Below are positions 19,846 to 39,197 of a DNA stretch of 64,000 nucleotides, piece by piece. A model generated the notes under the pieces. The model was not told where the DNA came from, made no database searches, and saw only the letters and a program-made list of their open reading frames with translations. The DNA lies in NCBI RefSeq assembly GCF_009914755.1, contig NC_060948.1; one strand, written 5' to 3'. The stretch comes from the human T2T-CHM13v2.0 reference genome, Homo sapiens. How positions within the stretch are numbered: position 1 is the stretch's first letter; each line of letters opens with the position of its first letter. The position numbers were made by a program, and so were the translations under genes.

Positions 19846-21950
19846 AAGATCCATATTTTTTAAATGAAAAAAAATTTCAAAGGTACTCTGCTTGGTACAA
19901 TAATCAAATGTATAAACTGAGGAATAAAACATAACCATGAAACCTACTTATAACTGCATATGGAAAATACAGAGGATAATTTTTTAAATAACATATTTTG
20001 AAAGCCTTAACTAGTAATTTGAAGAGTTGGCATTTGAAAGGCCAGTATGAATATACCTTCAAAGCAGCAACACAGGTTCCCCATGAGAAAAAGCAAACAC
20101 AGGGAAAATAAAAACACAAAGGTTCAATCTCTTCTGACCTTTGAAAGACACAGCACAGACAGTGGTCCTTAGGACGAAGAGCAGGAGACCCCTAATTCCG
20201 TCACCATGGCGATAGGGCATAAACATTGCTGGGTGAGGGCACAATCCACATTGAGAGGTCCAACTGCTGCCAGGAAGACAGGAGTGCTTTTACATAGACC
20301 GAAAGGTCATTGAAGGCTCAGAGTTTTGTTTCAAGAACTGAATCCCTAGCCCACATGTTATTAGGCTGCGCTTCTTAAAACAAGTTATGAGATGGGAAAA
20401 AGGGCACCCACAAACATACGTATACATTATGTATATAATAATATACAGTATCATATATATAATATATATAACCTATGTATAATATTGTTTTACATCCTGC
20501 ATCTTATGTTATATATATTGTATAAAATATAATAATTGATAATATATAAGTTTTATATTTATACAATATGACATATAGTATATATTATAATTTATGACAT
20601 ATATAATATATGTTATATATCATATATAGAATATATTATACGGTTAATATACGTATTAAATATAAATTATACATTATATATATTATATATAATATATCTG
20701 TTATATATAATACCCATTATGCATAATATATATATTATGTCTATGTTATATATAGTATAAAACAACATATAATAATATATAATTGTATATATAAAATGCG
20801 ACATATAATATATATTATATTTTATAACATATGTAATATATATTATATATTATATATAATACGTTGTATGTATAATACCTATATTAAATATATATTATAT
20901 GACTATGTTATTAATTACATGTCACATGTGTTATATATTATATATTTTACATAGAATATACCGGTTACATACAATATATACTATGTTACTATAATGTATA
21001 ATTTATTACATGTAAAATAAAGAATGCAATATATTATGTATAATTTATAATATACCATATGTGGAATGTGATATATATAACATATAATATATGATATATG
21101 ATATACAGTATATGATATATAACATACAATATATGATTCCTAATATATATGGTATACAATATATATTTTATGATATGTATTCTATATGTTTTATATTCTG
21201 TTATATATAACTATTTGAAATTATATATAACTGTATAATATTTTATGTAAATATGTAATATAATATATATAACTATATAATATATTATATATAACTATAT
21301 ATTATGTTATATATACTTTTATAACATAATTTACATAAAATATCGTAACATAATATATATTATATTATCTCATATTACATAATATATATTACATATCACC
21401 CAATATAACTAACATACATAATATTATAATATAGATTATATTATGTTATCTTAAATATCATATATATCATGTATCATATATTCTATAATATATATTACAC
21501 ATTATATAATATGTATGTTGTCTATTATGTGATATATATAACTATATATATAATTATATTTTTATACATATAACTAGATAAACATGTAATTCTACATATT
21601 TTCATTTATAATATGTAGAATTATATAATCATATATAATTATTTATATTCTATAAAAAATTTTATCATTATATAAATTATAATATATAAAAATTATAATA
21701 TGTACTACAAATATATATATTATATATCATATATGCTATAGTACCTTTGTTATATATCATAATACATATAAATGTGTATTATGTTATCTATAATTATATA
21801 ATTTCATATATAAGTTGTATAATATGTATCATATATTATATATGTTATGTAATATATATAGTATATATAAGATGACACAGGATAAATATTATATACTATG
21901 ACATATAAAATATATGAGGTTATATGTTACATATAAGGCATAGCACATAA

Positions 21951-22264
<314 letters not shown>

Positions 22265-24370
22265 AAGATCCATATTCTTTAAATGAAAAAAAATTTCAAA
22301 GGTACTCTGCTTGGTACAATAATCAAATGTATAAACTGAGGAATAAAACATAACCATGAAACCTACTTATAACTGCATATGGAAAATACAGAGGATAATT
22401 TTTTAAATAACATATTTTGAAAGCCTTAACTAGTAATTTGAAGAGTTGGCATTTGAAAGGCCAGTATGAATATACCTTCAAAGCAGCAACACAGGTTCCC
22501 CATGAGAAAAAGCAAACAGAGGGAAAATAAAAACACAAAGGTTCAATCTCTTCTGACCTTTGAAAGACACAGCACAGACAGTGGTCCTTAGGACGAAGAG
22601 CAGGAGACCCCTAATTCCGTCACCATGGCGATAGGGCATAAACATTGCTGGGTGAGGGCACAATCCACATTGTGAGGTCCAACTGCTGCCAGGAAGACAG
22701 GAGTGCTTTTACATAGACCGAAAGGTCATTGAAGGCTCAGAGTTTTGTTTCAAGAACTGAATCCCAAGCCCACACGTTATTAGGCTGCGCTTCTTTAAAC
22801 AAGTTATGAGATGGGAAAAAGGGCACCCACAAACATACGTATACATTATGTATATAATAATATACAGTATCATATATATAATATATATAACCTATGTATA
22901 ATATTGTTTTACATCCTGCATCTTATGTTATATATATTGTATAAAATATAATAATTGATAATATATAAGTTTTATAATTATACAATATGACATATAGTAT
23001 ATATTATAATTTATGACATATATAATATATGTTATATATCATATATAGAATATATTATACGGTTAATATACGTATTAAATATAAATTATACATTATATAT
23101 ATTATATATAATATATCTGTTATATATAATACCCATTATGCATAATATATATATTATGTCTATGTTATATATAGTATAAAACAACATATAATAATATATA
23201 ATTGTATATATAAAATGCGACATATAATATATATTATATTTTATGACATATGTAATATATATTATATATTATATATAATACGTTGTATGTATAATACCTA
23301 TATTAAATATATATTATATGACTATGTTATAAATTACATGTCACATGTGTTATATATTATTTATTTTACATAGAATATACCGGTTACATACAATATATAC
23401 TATGTTACCTATAATGTATAATTTATTACATGTAAAATAAAGAATGCAATATATTATGTATAATTTATAATATACCATATGTGGAATGTGATATATATAA
23501 CATATAATATATGATATATGATATACAGTATATGATATATAACATACAATATATGATTCCTAATATATATGGTATACAATATATATTTTATGATATGTAT
23601 TCTGTATGTTTTATATTCTGTTATATATAACTATTTGAAATTATATATAACTGTATAATATTTTATGTAAATATGTAATATAATATATATAACTATATAA
23701 TATATTATATATAACTATATATTATATTATATATACTTTTATAACATAATTTACATAAAATATCATAATATAATATATATTATATTATTTCATATTACAT
23801 AATACATATTACATATCACCCAATATAACTAACATACATAATATTATAATATAGATTATATTATGTTATATTAAATATCATATATATCATGTATCATATA
23901 TTCTATAATATATATTACACATTATATAATATGTATGTTGTCTATTATGTGATATATATAACTATATATATAATTATATTTTTATACATATAACTAGATA
24001 AACCTGTAATTCTACATATTTTCATTTATAATATGTAGAATTATATAATCATATATAATTATTTATATTCTATAAAAAATTTTATCATTATATAAATTAT
24101 AATATATAAAAATTATAATATGTACTACAAATATATATATTATATATCATATATGCTATAGTACCTTTGTTATATATCATAATACATATAAATGTGTATT
24201 ATGTTATCTATAATTATATAATTTCATATATAAGTTGTATAATATGTATCATATATTATATATGTTATGTAATATATATAGTATATATAAGATGACACAG
24301 GATAAATACTATATACTATGACATATAAAATATATGAGGTTATATGTTACATATAAGGCATAGCACATAA

Positions 24371-24684
<314 letters not shown>

Positions 24685-26790
24685 AAGATCCATATTTTTT
24701 AAATGAAAAACAATTTCAAAGGTACTCTGCTTGGTACAATAATCAAATGTATAAACTGAGGAATAAAACATAACCATGAAACCTACTTATAACTGCATAT
24801 GGAAAATACAGAGGATAATTTTTTAAATAACATATTTTGAAAGCCTTAACTAGTAATTTGAAGAGTTGGCATTTGAAAGGCCAGTATGAATATACCTTCA
24901 AAGCAGCAACACAGGTTCCCCATGAGAAAAAGCAAACACAGGGAAAATAAAAACACAAAGGTTCAATCTCTTCTGACCTTTGAAAGACACAGCACAGACA
25001 GTGGTCCTTAGGACGAAGAGCAGGAGACCCCTAATTCCGTCACCATGGCGATAGGGCATAAACATTGCTGGGTGAGGGCACAATCCACATTGTGAGGTCC
25101 AACTGCTGCCAGGAAGACAGGAGTGCTTTTACATAGACCGAAATGTCATTGAAGGCTCAGAGTTTTGTTTCAAGAACTGAATCCCAAGCCCACACGTTAT
25201 TAGGCTGCGCTTCTTAAAACAAGTTATGAGATGGGAAAAAGGGCACCCACAAACATACGTATACATTATGTATATAATAATATACAGTATCATATATATA
25301 ATATATATAACCTATGTATAATATTGTTTTACATCCTGCATCTTATGTTATATATATTGTATAAAATATAATAATTGATAATATATAAGTTTTATATTTA
25401 TACAATATGACATATAATATATATTATAATTTATGACATATATAATATATGTTATATATCATATATAGAATATATTATACGGTTAATATACGTATTAAAT
25501 ATAAATTATACATTATATATATTATATATAATATATCTGTTATATATAATAAACATTATGCATAATATATATATTATGTCTATGTTATATATAGTATAAA
25601 ACAACATATAATAATATATAATTGTATATGTAAAATGCGACATATAATATATATTATATTTTATAACATATGTAATATATATTATATATTATATATAATA
25701 CGTTGTATGAATAATACCTATATTAAATATATATTATATGATTATGTTATTAATTACATGTCACATGTGTTATATATTATATATTTTACATAGAATATAC
25801 CGGTTGCATACAATATATACTATGTTACCTATAATGTATAATTTATTACATGTAAAATAAAGAATGCAATATATTATGTATAATTTATAATATACCATAT
25901 GTGGAATGTGATATATATAACATATAATATATGATATATGATATAAAGTATATGATATATAACATACAATATATGATTCCTAATATATATGGTATACAAT
26001 ATATATTTTATGATATGTATTCTATACGTTTTATATTCTGTTATATATAACTATTTGAAATTATATATAACTGTATAATATTTTATGTAAATATGTAATA
26101 TAATATATATAACTATATAATATATTATATATAAATATATATTATGTTATATATACTTTTATAACATAATTTACATAAAATATCATAATATAATATATAT
26201 TATATTATTTCATATTACATAATATATATTACATATCACCCAATATAACTAACATACATAATATTATAATATAGATTATATTGTGTTATATTAAATATCA
26301 TATATATCATGTATCATATATTCTATAATATATATTACACATTATATAATATGCATGTTGTCTATTATGTGATATATATAACTATATATATAATTATATT
26401 TTTATATATATAACTAGATAAACATGTAATTCTACATATTTTCATTTATAATATGTAGAATTATATAATCATATATAATTATTTATATTCTATAAAAAAT
26501 TTTATCATTATATAAATTATAATATATAAAAATTATAATATGTACTACAAATATATATATTATATATCATATATGATATAGTACCTTTGTTATATATCAT
26601 AATACATATAAATGTGTATTATGTTATCTATAATTATATAATTTCATATATAAGATGTATAATATGTATCATATATTATATATGTTATGTAATATATATT
26701 GTATATATAAGATGACACAGGATAAATATTATATACTATGACATATAAAATATATGAGGTTATATGTTACATATAAGGCATAGCACATAA

Positions 26791-27104
<314 letters not shown>

Positions 27105-29210
27105 AAGATCCATATTTTTTAAATGAAAAAAAATTTCAAAGGTACTCTGCTTGGTACAATAATCAAATGTATAAACTGAGGAATAAAACATAACCATGAA
27201 ACCTACTTATAACTGCATATGGAAAATACAGAGGATAATTTTTTAAATAACATATTTTGAAAGCTTTAACTAGTAATTTGAAGAGTTGGCATTTGAAAGG
27301 CCAGTATGAATATACCTTCAAAGCAGCAACACAGGTTCCCCATGAGAAAAAGCAAACACAGGGAAAATAAAAACACAAAGGTTCAATCTCTTCTGACCTT
27401 TGAAAGACACAGCACAGACAGTGGTCCTTAGGACGAAGAGCAGGAGACCCCTAATTCCGTCACCATGGCGATAGGGCATAAACATTGCTGGGTGAGGGCA
27501 CAATCCACATTGTGAGGTCCAACTGCTGCCAGGAAGACAGGAGTGCTTTTACACAGACCGAAAGGTCATTGAAGGCTCAGAGTTTTGTTTCAAGAACTGA
27601 ATCCCAAGCCCACACGTTATTAGGCTGCGCTTCTTAAAACAAGTTATGAGATGGGAAAAAGGGCACCCACAAACATACGTATACATTATGTATATAATAA
27701 TATACAGTATCATATATATAATATATATAACCTATGTATAATATTGTTTTACATCCTGCATCTTATGTTATATATATTGTATAAAATATAATAATTGATA
27801 ATATATAAGTTTTATAATTATACAATATGACATATAGTATATATTATAATTTATGACATATATAATATATGTTATATGTCATATATAGAATATATTATAC
27901 GGTTAATATACGTATTAAATATAAATTATACATTATATATATTATATATAATATATCTGTTATATATAATACCCATTATGCATAATATATATATTATGTC
28001 TATGTTATATATAGTATAAAACAACATATAATAATATATAATTGTATATATAAAATGCGACATATAATATATATTATATTTTATAACATGTGAAATATAT
28101 ATTATATATTATATATAATACGTTGTATGTATAATACCTATATTAAATATATATTATATGACTATGTTATTAATTACATGTCACATGTGTTATATATTAT
28201 ATATTTTACATAGAATATACCGGTTACATACAATATATACTATGTTACCTATAATGTATTATTTATTACATGTAAAATAAAGAATGCAATATATTATGTA
28301 TAATTTATAATATACCATATGTGGAATGTCATATATATAACATATAATATATGATATATGATATACAGTATATGATATATAACATACAATATATGATTCC
28401 TAATACATATGGTATACAATATATATTTTATGATATGTATTCTATATGTTTTATATTCTGTTATATATAACTATTTGAAATTATATATAACTGTATAATA
28501 TTTTATGTAAATATGTAATATAATATATATAACTATATAATATATTATATATAACTATATATTATGTTATATATACTTTTATAACATAATTTACATAAAA
28601 TATCATAATATAATATATATTATATTATTTCATATTACATAATATATATTACATTTCACCCAATATAACTAACATACATAATATTATAATATAGATTATA
28701 TTATGTTATATTAAATATCATATATATCATGTATCATATATTCTATAATATATATTACACATTATATAATATGTATGTTGTCTATTATGTGATATATATA
28801 ACTCTATATATAATTATATTTTTATACATATAACTAGATAAACATGTAATTCTACATATTTTCATTTATAATATGTAGAATTATATAATCATATATAATT
28901 ATTTATATTCTATAAAAAATTTTATCATTATATAAATTATAATATATAAAAATTATAATATGTACTACAAATATATATATTATATATCATATATGATATA
29001 GTACCTTTGTTATATATCATAATACATATAAATGTGTATTATGTTATCTATAATTATATAATTTCATATATAAGATGTATAATATGTATCATATATTATA
29101 TATGTTATGTAATATATGTAGTATATATAAGATGACACAGGATAAATATTATATACTATGACATATAAAATATATCAGGTTATATGTTACATATAAGGCA
29201 TAGCACATAA

Positions 29211-29524
<314 letters not shown>

Positions 29525-31630
29525 AAGATCCATATTTTGTAAATGAAAAACAATTTCAAAGGTACTCTGCTTGGTACAATAATCAAATGTATAAACTGAG
29601 GAATAAAACATAACCATGAAACCTACTTATAACTGCATATGGAAAATACAGAGGATAATTTTTTAAATAACATATTTTGAAATCCTTAACTAGTAATTTG
29701 AAGAGCTGGCATTTGAAAGGCCAGTATGAATATACCTTCAAAGCAGCAACACAGGTTCCCCATGAGAAAAAGCAAACACAGGGAAAATAAAAACACAAAG
29801 GTTCAATCTCTTCTGACCTTTGAAAGACACAGCACAGACAGTGGTCCTTAGGACGAAGAGCAGGAGACCCCTAATTCCGTCACCATGGCGATAGGGCATA
29901 AACATTGCTGGGTGAGGGCACAATCCACATTGTGAGGTCCAACTGCTGCCAGGAAGACAGGAGTGCTTTTACATAGACCGAAAGGTCATTGAAGGCTCAG
30001 AGTTTTGTTTCAAGAACTGAATCCCAAGCCCACACGTTATTAGGCTGCGCTTCTTAAAACAAGTTATGAGATGGGAAAAAGGGCACCCACAAACATACGT
30101 ATACATTATGTATATAATAATATACAGTATCATATATATAATATATATAACCTATGTATAATATTGTTTTACATCCTGCATCTTATGTTATATATATTGT
30201 ATAAAATATAATAATTGATAATATATAAGTTTTATAATTATACAATATGACATATAGTATATATTATAATTTATGACATATATAATATATGTTATATGTC
30301 ATATATAGAATATATTATACGGTTAATATACGTATTAAATATAAATTATACATTCTATATATTGTATATAATATATCTGTTATATATAATAGCCATTATG
30401 CATAATATATATATTATGTCTATGTTATATATAGTATAAAACAACATATAATAATATATAATTGTATATATAAAATGCGACATATAATATATATTATATT
30501 TTATAACATATGAAATATATATTATATATTATATATAATACGTTGTATGTATAATACCTATATTAAATATATATTATATGACTATGTTATTAATTACATG
30601 TCACATGTGTTATATATTATATATTTTACATAGAATATACCGGTTACATACAATATATACTATGTTACCTATAATGTATTATTTATTACATGTAAAATAA
30701 AGAATGCAATATATTATGTATAATTTATAATATACCATATGTGGAATGTCATATATATAACATATAATATATGATATATGATATACAGTATATGATATAT
30801 AACATACAATATATGATTCCTAATACATATGGTATACAATATATATTTTATGATATGTATTCTATATGTTTTATATTCTGTTATATATAACTATTTGAAA
30901 TTATATATAACTGTATAATATTTTATGTAAATATGTAATATAATATATATAACTATATAATATATTATATATAACTATATATTATGTTATATATACTTTT
31001 ATAACATAATTTACATAAAATATCATAATATAATATATATTATATTATTTCATATTACATAATATATATTACATATCACCCAATATAACTAACATACATA
31101 ATATTATAATATAGATTATATTATGTTATATTAAATATCATATATATCATGTATCATATATTCTATAATATATATTACACATTATATAATATGTATGTTG
31201 TCTATTATGTGATATATATAACTCTATATATAATTATATTTTTATACATATAACTAGATAAACATGTAATTCTACATATTTTCATTTATAATATGTAGAA
31301 TTATATAATCATATATAATTATTTATATTCTATAAAAAATTTTATCATTATATAAATTATAATATATAAAAATTATAATATGTACTACAAATATATATAT
31401 TATATATCATATATGATATAGTACCTTTGTTATATATCATAATACATATAAATGTGTATTATGTTATCTATAATTATATAATTTCATATATAAGATGTAT
31501 AATATGTATCATATATTATATATGTTATGTAATATATGTAGTATATATAAGATGACACAGGATAAATATTATATACTATGACATATAAAATATATCAGGT
31601 TATATGTTACATATAAGGCATAGCACATAA

Positions 31631-31944
<314 letters not shown>

Positions 31945-34073
31945 AAGATCCATATTTTTTAAATGAAAAAAAATTTCAAAGGTACTCTGCTTGGTACAAT
32001 AATCAAATGTATAAACTGAGGAATAAAACATAACCATGAAACCTACTTATAACTGCATATGGAAAATACAGAGGATAATTTTTTAAATAACATATTTTGA
32101 AAGCCTTAACTAGTAATTTGAAGAGCTGGCATTTGAAAGGCCAGTATGAATATACCTTCAAAGCAGCAACACAGGTTCCCCATGAGAAAAAGCAAACACA
32201 GAGAAAATAAAAACACAAAGGTTCAATCTCTTCTGACCTTTGAAAGACACAGCACAGACAGTGGTCCTTAGGACGAAGAGCAGGAGACCCCTAATTCCGT
32301 CACCATGGCGATAGGGCATAAACATTGCTGGGTGAGGGCACAATCCACATTGTGAGGTCCAACTGCTGCCAGGAAGACAGGAGTGCTTTTACATAGACCG
32401 AAAGGTCATTGAAGGCTCAGAGTTTTGTTTCAAGAACTGAATCCCAAGCCCACACGTTATTAGGCTGCGCTTCTTAAAACAAGTTATGAGATGGGAAAAA
32501 GGGCACCCACAAACATACGTATACATTATGTATATAATAATATACAGTATCATATATATAATATATATAACCTATGTATAATATTGTTTTACATCCTGCA
32601 TCTTATGTTATATATATTGTATAAAATATAATAATTGATAATATATAAGTTTTATAATTATACAATATGACATATAGTATATATTATAATTTATGACATA
32701 TATAATATATGTTATATGTCATATATAGAATATATTATACGGTTAATATACGTATTAAATATAAATTATACATTCTATATATTGTATATAATATATCTGT
32801 TATATATAATAGCCATTATGCATAATATATATATTCTGTCTATGTTATATATAGTATAAAACAACATATAATAATATATAATTGTATATATAAAATGCGA
32901 CATATAATATATATTATATTTTATAACATATGAAATATATATTATATATTATATATAATACGTTGTATGTATAATACCTATATTAAATATATATTATATG
33001 ACTATGTTATTAATTACATGTCACATGTGTTATATATTATATATTTTACATAGAATATACCGGTTACATACAATATATACTATGTTACCTATAATGTATA
33101 ATTTATTACATGTAAAATAAAGAATGCAATATATTATGTATAATTTATAATATACCATATGTGGAATGTGATATATATAACATATAATATATGATATATG
33201 ATATACAGTATATGATATATAACATACAATATATGATTCCTAATATATATGGTATACAATATATATTTTATGATATGTATTCTCTATGTTTTATATTCTG
33301 TTATATATAACTATTTGAAATTATATATAACTGTATAATATTTTATGTAAATATGTAATATAATATATATAACTATATAATATATTATATATAACTATAT
33401 ATTATGTTATATATACTTTTATATCATAATTTACATAAAATATCATAATATAATATATATTATATTATTTCATATTACATAATATATATTACATATCACC
33501 CAATATAACAAACATACATAATATTATAATATAGATTATATTGTGTTATATTAAATATCATATATATCATGTATCATATATTCTATAATATATATTAAAC
33601 ATTATATAATATGTACGTTGTCTATTATGTGATATATATAACTATATATATAATTATATTTTTATACATATAACTGGATAAACATGTAATTCTACATATT
33701 TTCATTTATAATATGTAGAATTATTTAATCATATATAATTTTTTATATACTATAAAAAATTTTATCATTTTATAAATTATAATATATAAAAATTATAATA
33801 TGTACTACATATATATATATTATATATCATATATGATATAGTACCTTTGTTATATATCATAATACATATAAATGTGTATTATGTTATCTATAATTATATA
33901 ATTTCATATATAAGATGTATAATATGTATCATATATTATATATGTTATGTAATATATATAGTATATATAAGATGACACAGGATAAATATTATATACTATG
34001 ACATATAAAATATATGAGGTTATATGTTACATATAAGGCATAGCACATAACATGTAATACATATCATATATAA

Positions 34074-34364
34074 TTTTTTTTTAGACAGAATCTTGTCCTG
34101 TTGCACAGGGTGGGGTACAATGGCGCCATCTTTGCTCACTGCAATTTCTGCCTCACGGGTCCAAGCGATTGTCCTCCCTCAGCCTCCCAGGTAGCTGGGA
34201 CTACACCACACTGGGACTACACCAGCTGCCACCATGCCTAGCTAATTTTTCGGATTTTTAGTAGTGACAGCGTTTCACTGTATTGGCCAGGATGGTCTTG
34301 ATCTCTTCACCTTGTGATCCCCTTGCCTTGGCCTCCAAATTTGCTGGGATTACAGGCCTGAGCC
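34074..34364 (-). mobile_element. Alu copy in DYZ2 unit U15
   Basis: Same Alu; variant ttttcgga. Confidence 0.95.
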
Positions 34365-36463
34365 AAGATCCATATTTTTTAAATGAAAAAAAATTTCAAA
34401 GGTACTCTGCTTGGTACAATAATCAAATGTATAAACTGAGGAATAAAACATAACCATGAAACCTACTTATAACTGCATATGGAAAATACAGAGGATAATT
34501 TTTTAAATAACATATTTTGAAAGCCTTAACTAGTAATTTGAAGAGTTGGCATTTGAAAGGCCAGTATGAATATACCTTCAAAGCAGCAACACAGGTTCCC
34601 CATGAGAAAAAGCAAACACAGGGAAAATAAAAACACAAATGTTCAATCTCTTCTGACCTTTGAAAGACACAGCACAGACAGTGGTCCTTAGGACGAAGAG
34701 CAGGAGACCCCTAATTCCGTCACCATGGCGATAGGGCATAAACATTGCTGGGTGAGGGCACAATCCACATTGTGAGGTCCAACTGCTGCCAGGAAGACAG
34801 GAGTGCTTTTACATAGACCGAAAGGTCATTGAAGGCTCAGAGTTTTGTTTCAAGAACTGAATCCCAAGCCCACACGTTATTAGGCTGCGCTTCTTAAAAC
34901 AAGTTATGAGATGGGAAAAAGGGCACCCACAAACATACGTATACATTATGTATATAATAATATACAGTATCATATATATAATATATATAACCTATGTATA
35001 ATATTGTTTTACATCCTGCATCTTATGTTATATATATTGTATAAAATATAATAATTGATAATATATAAGTTTTATATTTATACAATATGACATATAGTAT
35101 ATATTATAATTTATGACATATATAATATATGTTATATATCATATATAGAATATATTATACGGTTAATATACGTATTAAATATAAATTATACATTATATAT
35201 ATTATATATAATATATCTGTTATATATAATACCCATTATGCATAATATATATATTATGTCTATGTTATATATAGTATAAAACAACATATAATAATATATA
35301 ATTGTATATATAAAATGCGACATATAATATATATTATATTTTATAACATATGTAATATATATTATATATAATACGTTGTATGTATAATACCTATATTAAA
35401 TATATATTATATGACTATGTTATTAATTACATGTCACATGTGTTATATATTATATATTTTACATAGAATATACCGGTTACATACAATATATACTATGTTA
35501 CCTATAATGTATTATTTATTACATGTAAAATAAAGAATGCAATATATTATGTATAATTTATAATATACCATATGTGGAATGTCATATATATAACATATAA
35601 TATATGATATATGATATACAGTATATGATATATAACATACAATATATGATTCCTAATACATATGGTATACAATATATATTTTATGATATGTATTCTATAT
35701 GTTTTATATTCTGTTATATATAACTATTAGAAATTATATATAACTGTATAATATTTTATGTAAATATGTAATATAATATATATAACTATATAATATATTA
35801 TATATAACTATATATTATGTTATATATACTTTTATAACATAATTTACATAAAATATCATAATATAATATATATTATATTATTTCATATTACATAATATAT
35901 ATTACATATCACCCAATATAACTAACATACATAATATTATAATATAGATTATAATATGTTATATTAAATATCATATATATCATGTATCATATATTCTATA
36001 ATATATATTACACATTATATAATATGTATGTTGTCTATTATGTGATATATATAACTCTATATATAATTATATTTTTATACATATAACTAGATAAACATGT
36101 AATTCTACATATTTTCATTTATAATATGTAGAATTATATAATCATATATAATTATTTATATTCTATAAAAAATTTTATCATTATATAAATTATAATATAT
36201 AAAAATTATAATATGTACTACAAATATATATATTATATATCATATATGATATAGTACCTTTGTTATATATCATAAGACATATAAATGTGTATTATGTTAT
36301 CTATAATTATATAATTTCATATATAAGATGTATAATATGTATCATATATTACATATGTTATGTAATATATGTAGTATATATAAGATGACACAGGATAAAT
36401 ATTATATACTATGACATATAAAATATATGAGGTTATATGTTACATATAAGGCATAGCACATAA

Positions 36464-36777
<314 letters not shown>

Positions 36778-38883
36778 AAGATCCATATTTTTTAAATGAA
36801 AAAAAATTTCAAAGGTACTCTGCTTGGTACAATAATCAAATGTATAAACTGAGGAATAAAACATAACCATGAAACCTACTTATAACTGCATATGGAAAAT
36901 ACAGAGGATAATTTTTTAAATAACATATTTTGAAAGCCTTAACTAGTAATTTGAAGAGTTGACATTTGAAAGGCCAGTATGAATATACCTTCAAAGCAGC
37001 AACACAGGTTCTCCATGAGAAAAAGCAAACACAGGGAAAATAAAAACACAAAGGTTCAATCTCTTCTGACCTTTGAAAGACACAGCACAGACAGTGGTCC
37101 TTAGGACGAAGAGCAGGAGACCCCTAATTCCGTCACCATGGCGATAGGGCATAAACATTGCTGGGTGAGGGCACAATCCACATTGTGAGGTCCAACTGCT
37201 GCCAGGAAGACAGGAGTGCTTTTACATAGACCGAAAGGTCATTGAAGGCTCAGAGTTTTGTTTCAAGAACTGAATCCCAAGCCCACACGTTATTAGGCTG
37301 CGCTTCTTAAAACAAGTTATGAGATGGGAAAAAGGGCACCCACAAACATACGTATACATTATGTATATAATAATATACAGTATCATATATATAATATATA
37401 TAACCTATGTATAATATTGTTTTACATCCTGCATCTTATGTTATATATATTGTATAAAATATAATAATTGATAATATATAAGTTTTATAATTATACAATA
37501 TGACATATAGTATATATTATAATTTATGACATATATAATATATGTTATATGTCATATATAGAATATATTATACGGTTAATATACGTATTAAATATAAATT
37601 ATACATTCTATATATTATATATAATATATCTGTTATATATAATACCCATTATGCATAATATATATATTATGTCTATGTTATATATAGTATAAAACAACAT
37701 ATAATAATATATAATTGTATATATAAAATGCGACATATAATATATATTATATTTTATAACATATGAAATATATATTATATATTATATATAATACGTTGTA
37801 TGTATAATACCTATATTAAATATATATTATATGACTATGTTATTAATTACATGTCACATGTGTTATATATTACATATTTTACATAGAATATACCGGTTAC
37901 ATACAATATATACTATGTTACCTATAATGTATTATTTATTACATGTAAAATAAAGAATGCAATATATTATGTATAATTTATAATATACCATATGTGGAAT
38001 GTCATATATATAACATATAATATATGATATATGATATACAGTATATGATATATAACATACAATATATGATTCCTAATACATATGGTATACAATATATATT
38101 TTATGATATGTATTCTATATGTTTTATATTCTGTTATATATAACTATTTGAAATTATATATAACTGTATAATATTTTACGTAAATATTTAATATAATATA
38201 TATAACTATATAATATATTATATATAACTATATATTATGTTATATATACTTTTATAACATAATTTACATAAAATATCATAATATAATATATATTATATTA
38301 TTTCATATTACATAATATATATTACATATCACCCAATATAACTAACATACATAATATTATAATATAGATTATATTATGTTATATTAAATATCATATATAT
38401 CATGTATCATATATTCTATAATATATATTACACATTATATAATATGTATGTTGTCTATTATGTGATATATATAACTATATATATAATTATATTTTTATAC
38501 ATATAACTAGATAAACATGTAATTCTACATATTTTCATTTATAATATGTAGAATTATATAATCATATATAATTATTTATATTCTATAAAAAATTTTATCA
38601 TTATATAAATTATAATATATAAAAATTATAATATGTACTACAAATATATATATTATATATCATATATGATATAGTACCTTTGTTATATATCATAATACAT
38701 ATAAATGTGTATTATGTTATCTATAATTATATAATTTCATATATAAGATGTATAATATGTATCATATATTATATATGTTATGTAATATATGTAGTATATA
38801 TAAGATGACACAGGATAAATATTATATACTATGACATATAAAATATATCAGGTTATATGTTACATATAAGGCATAGCACATAA

Positions 38884-39197
<314 letters not shown>

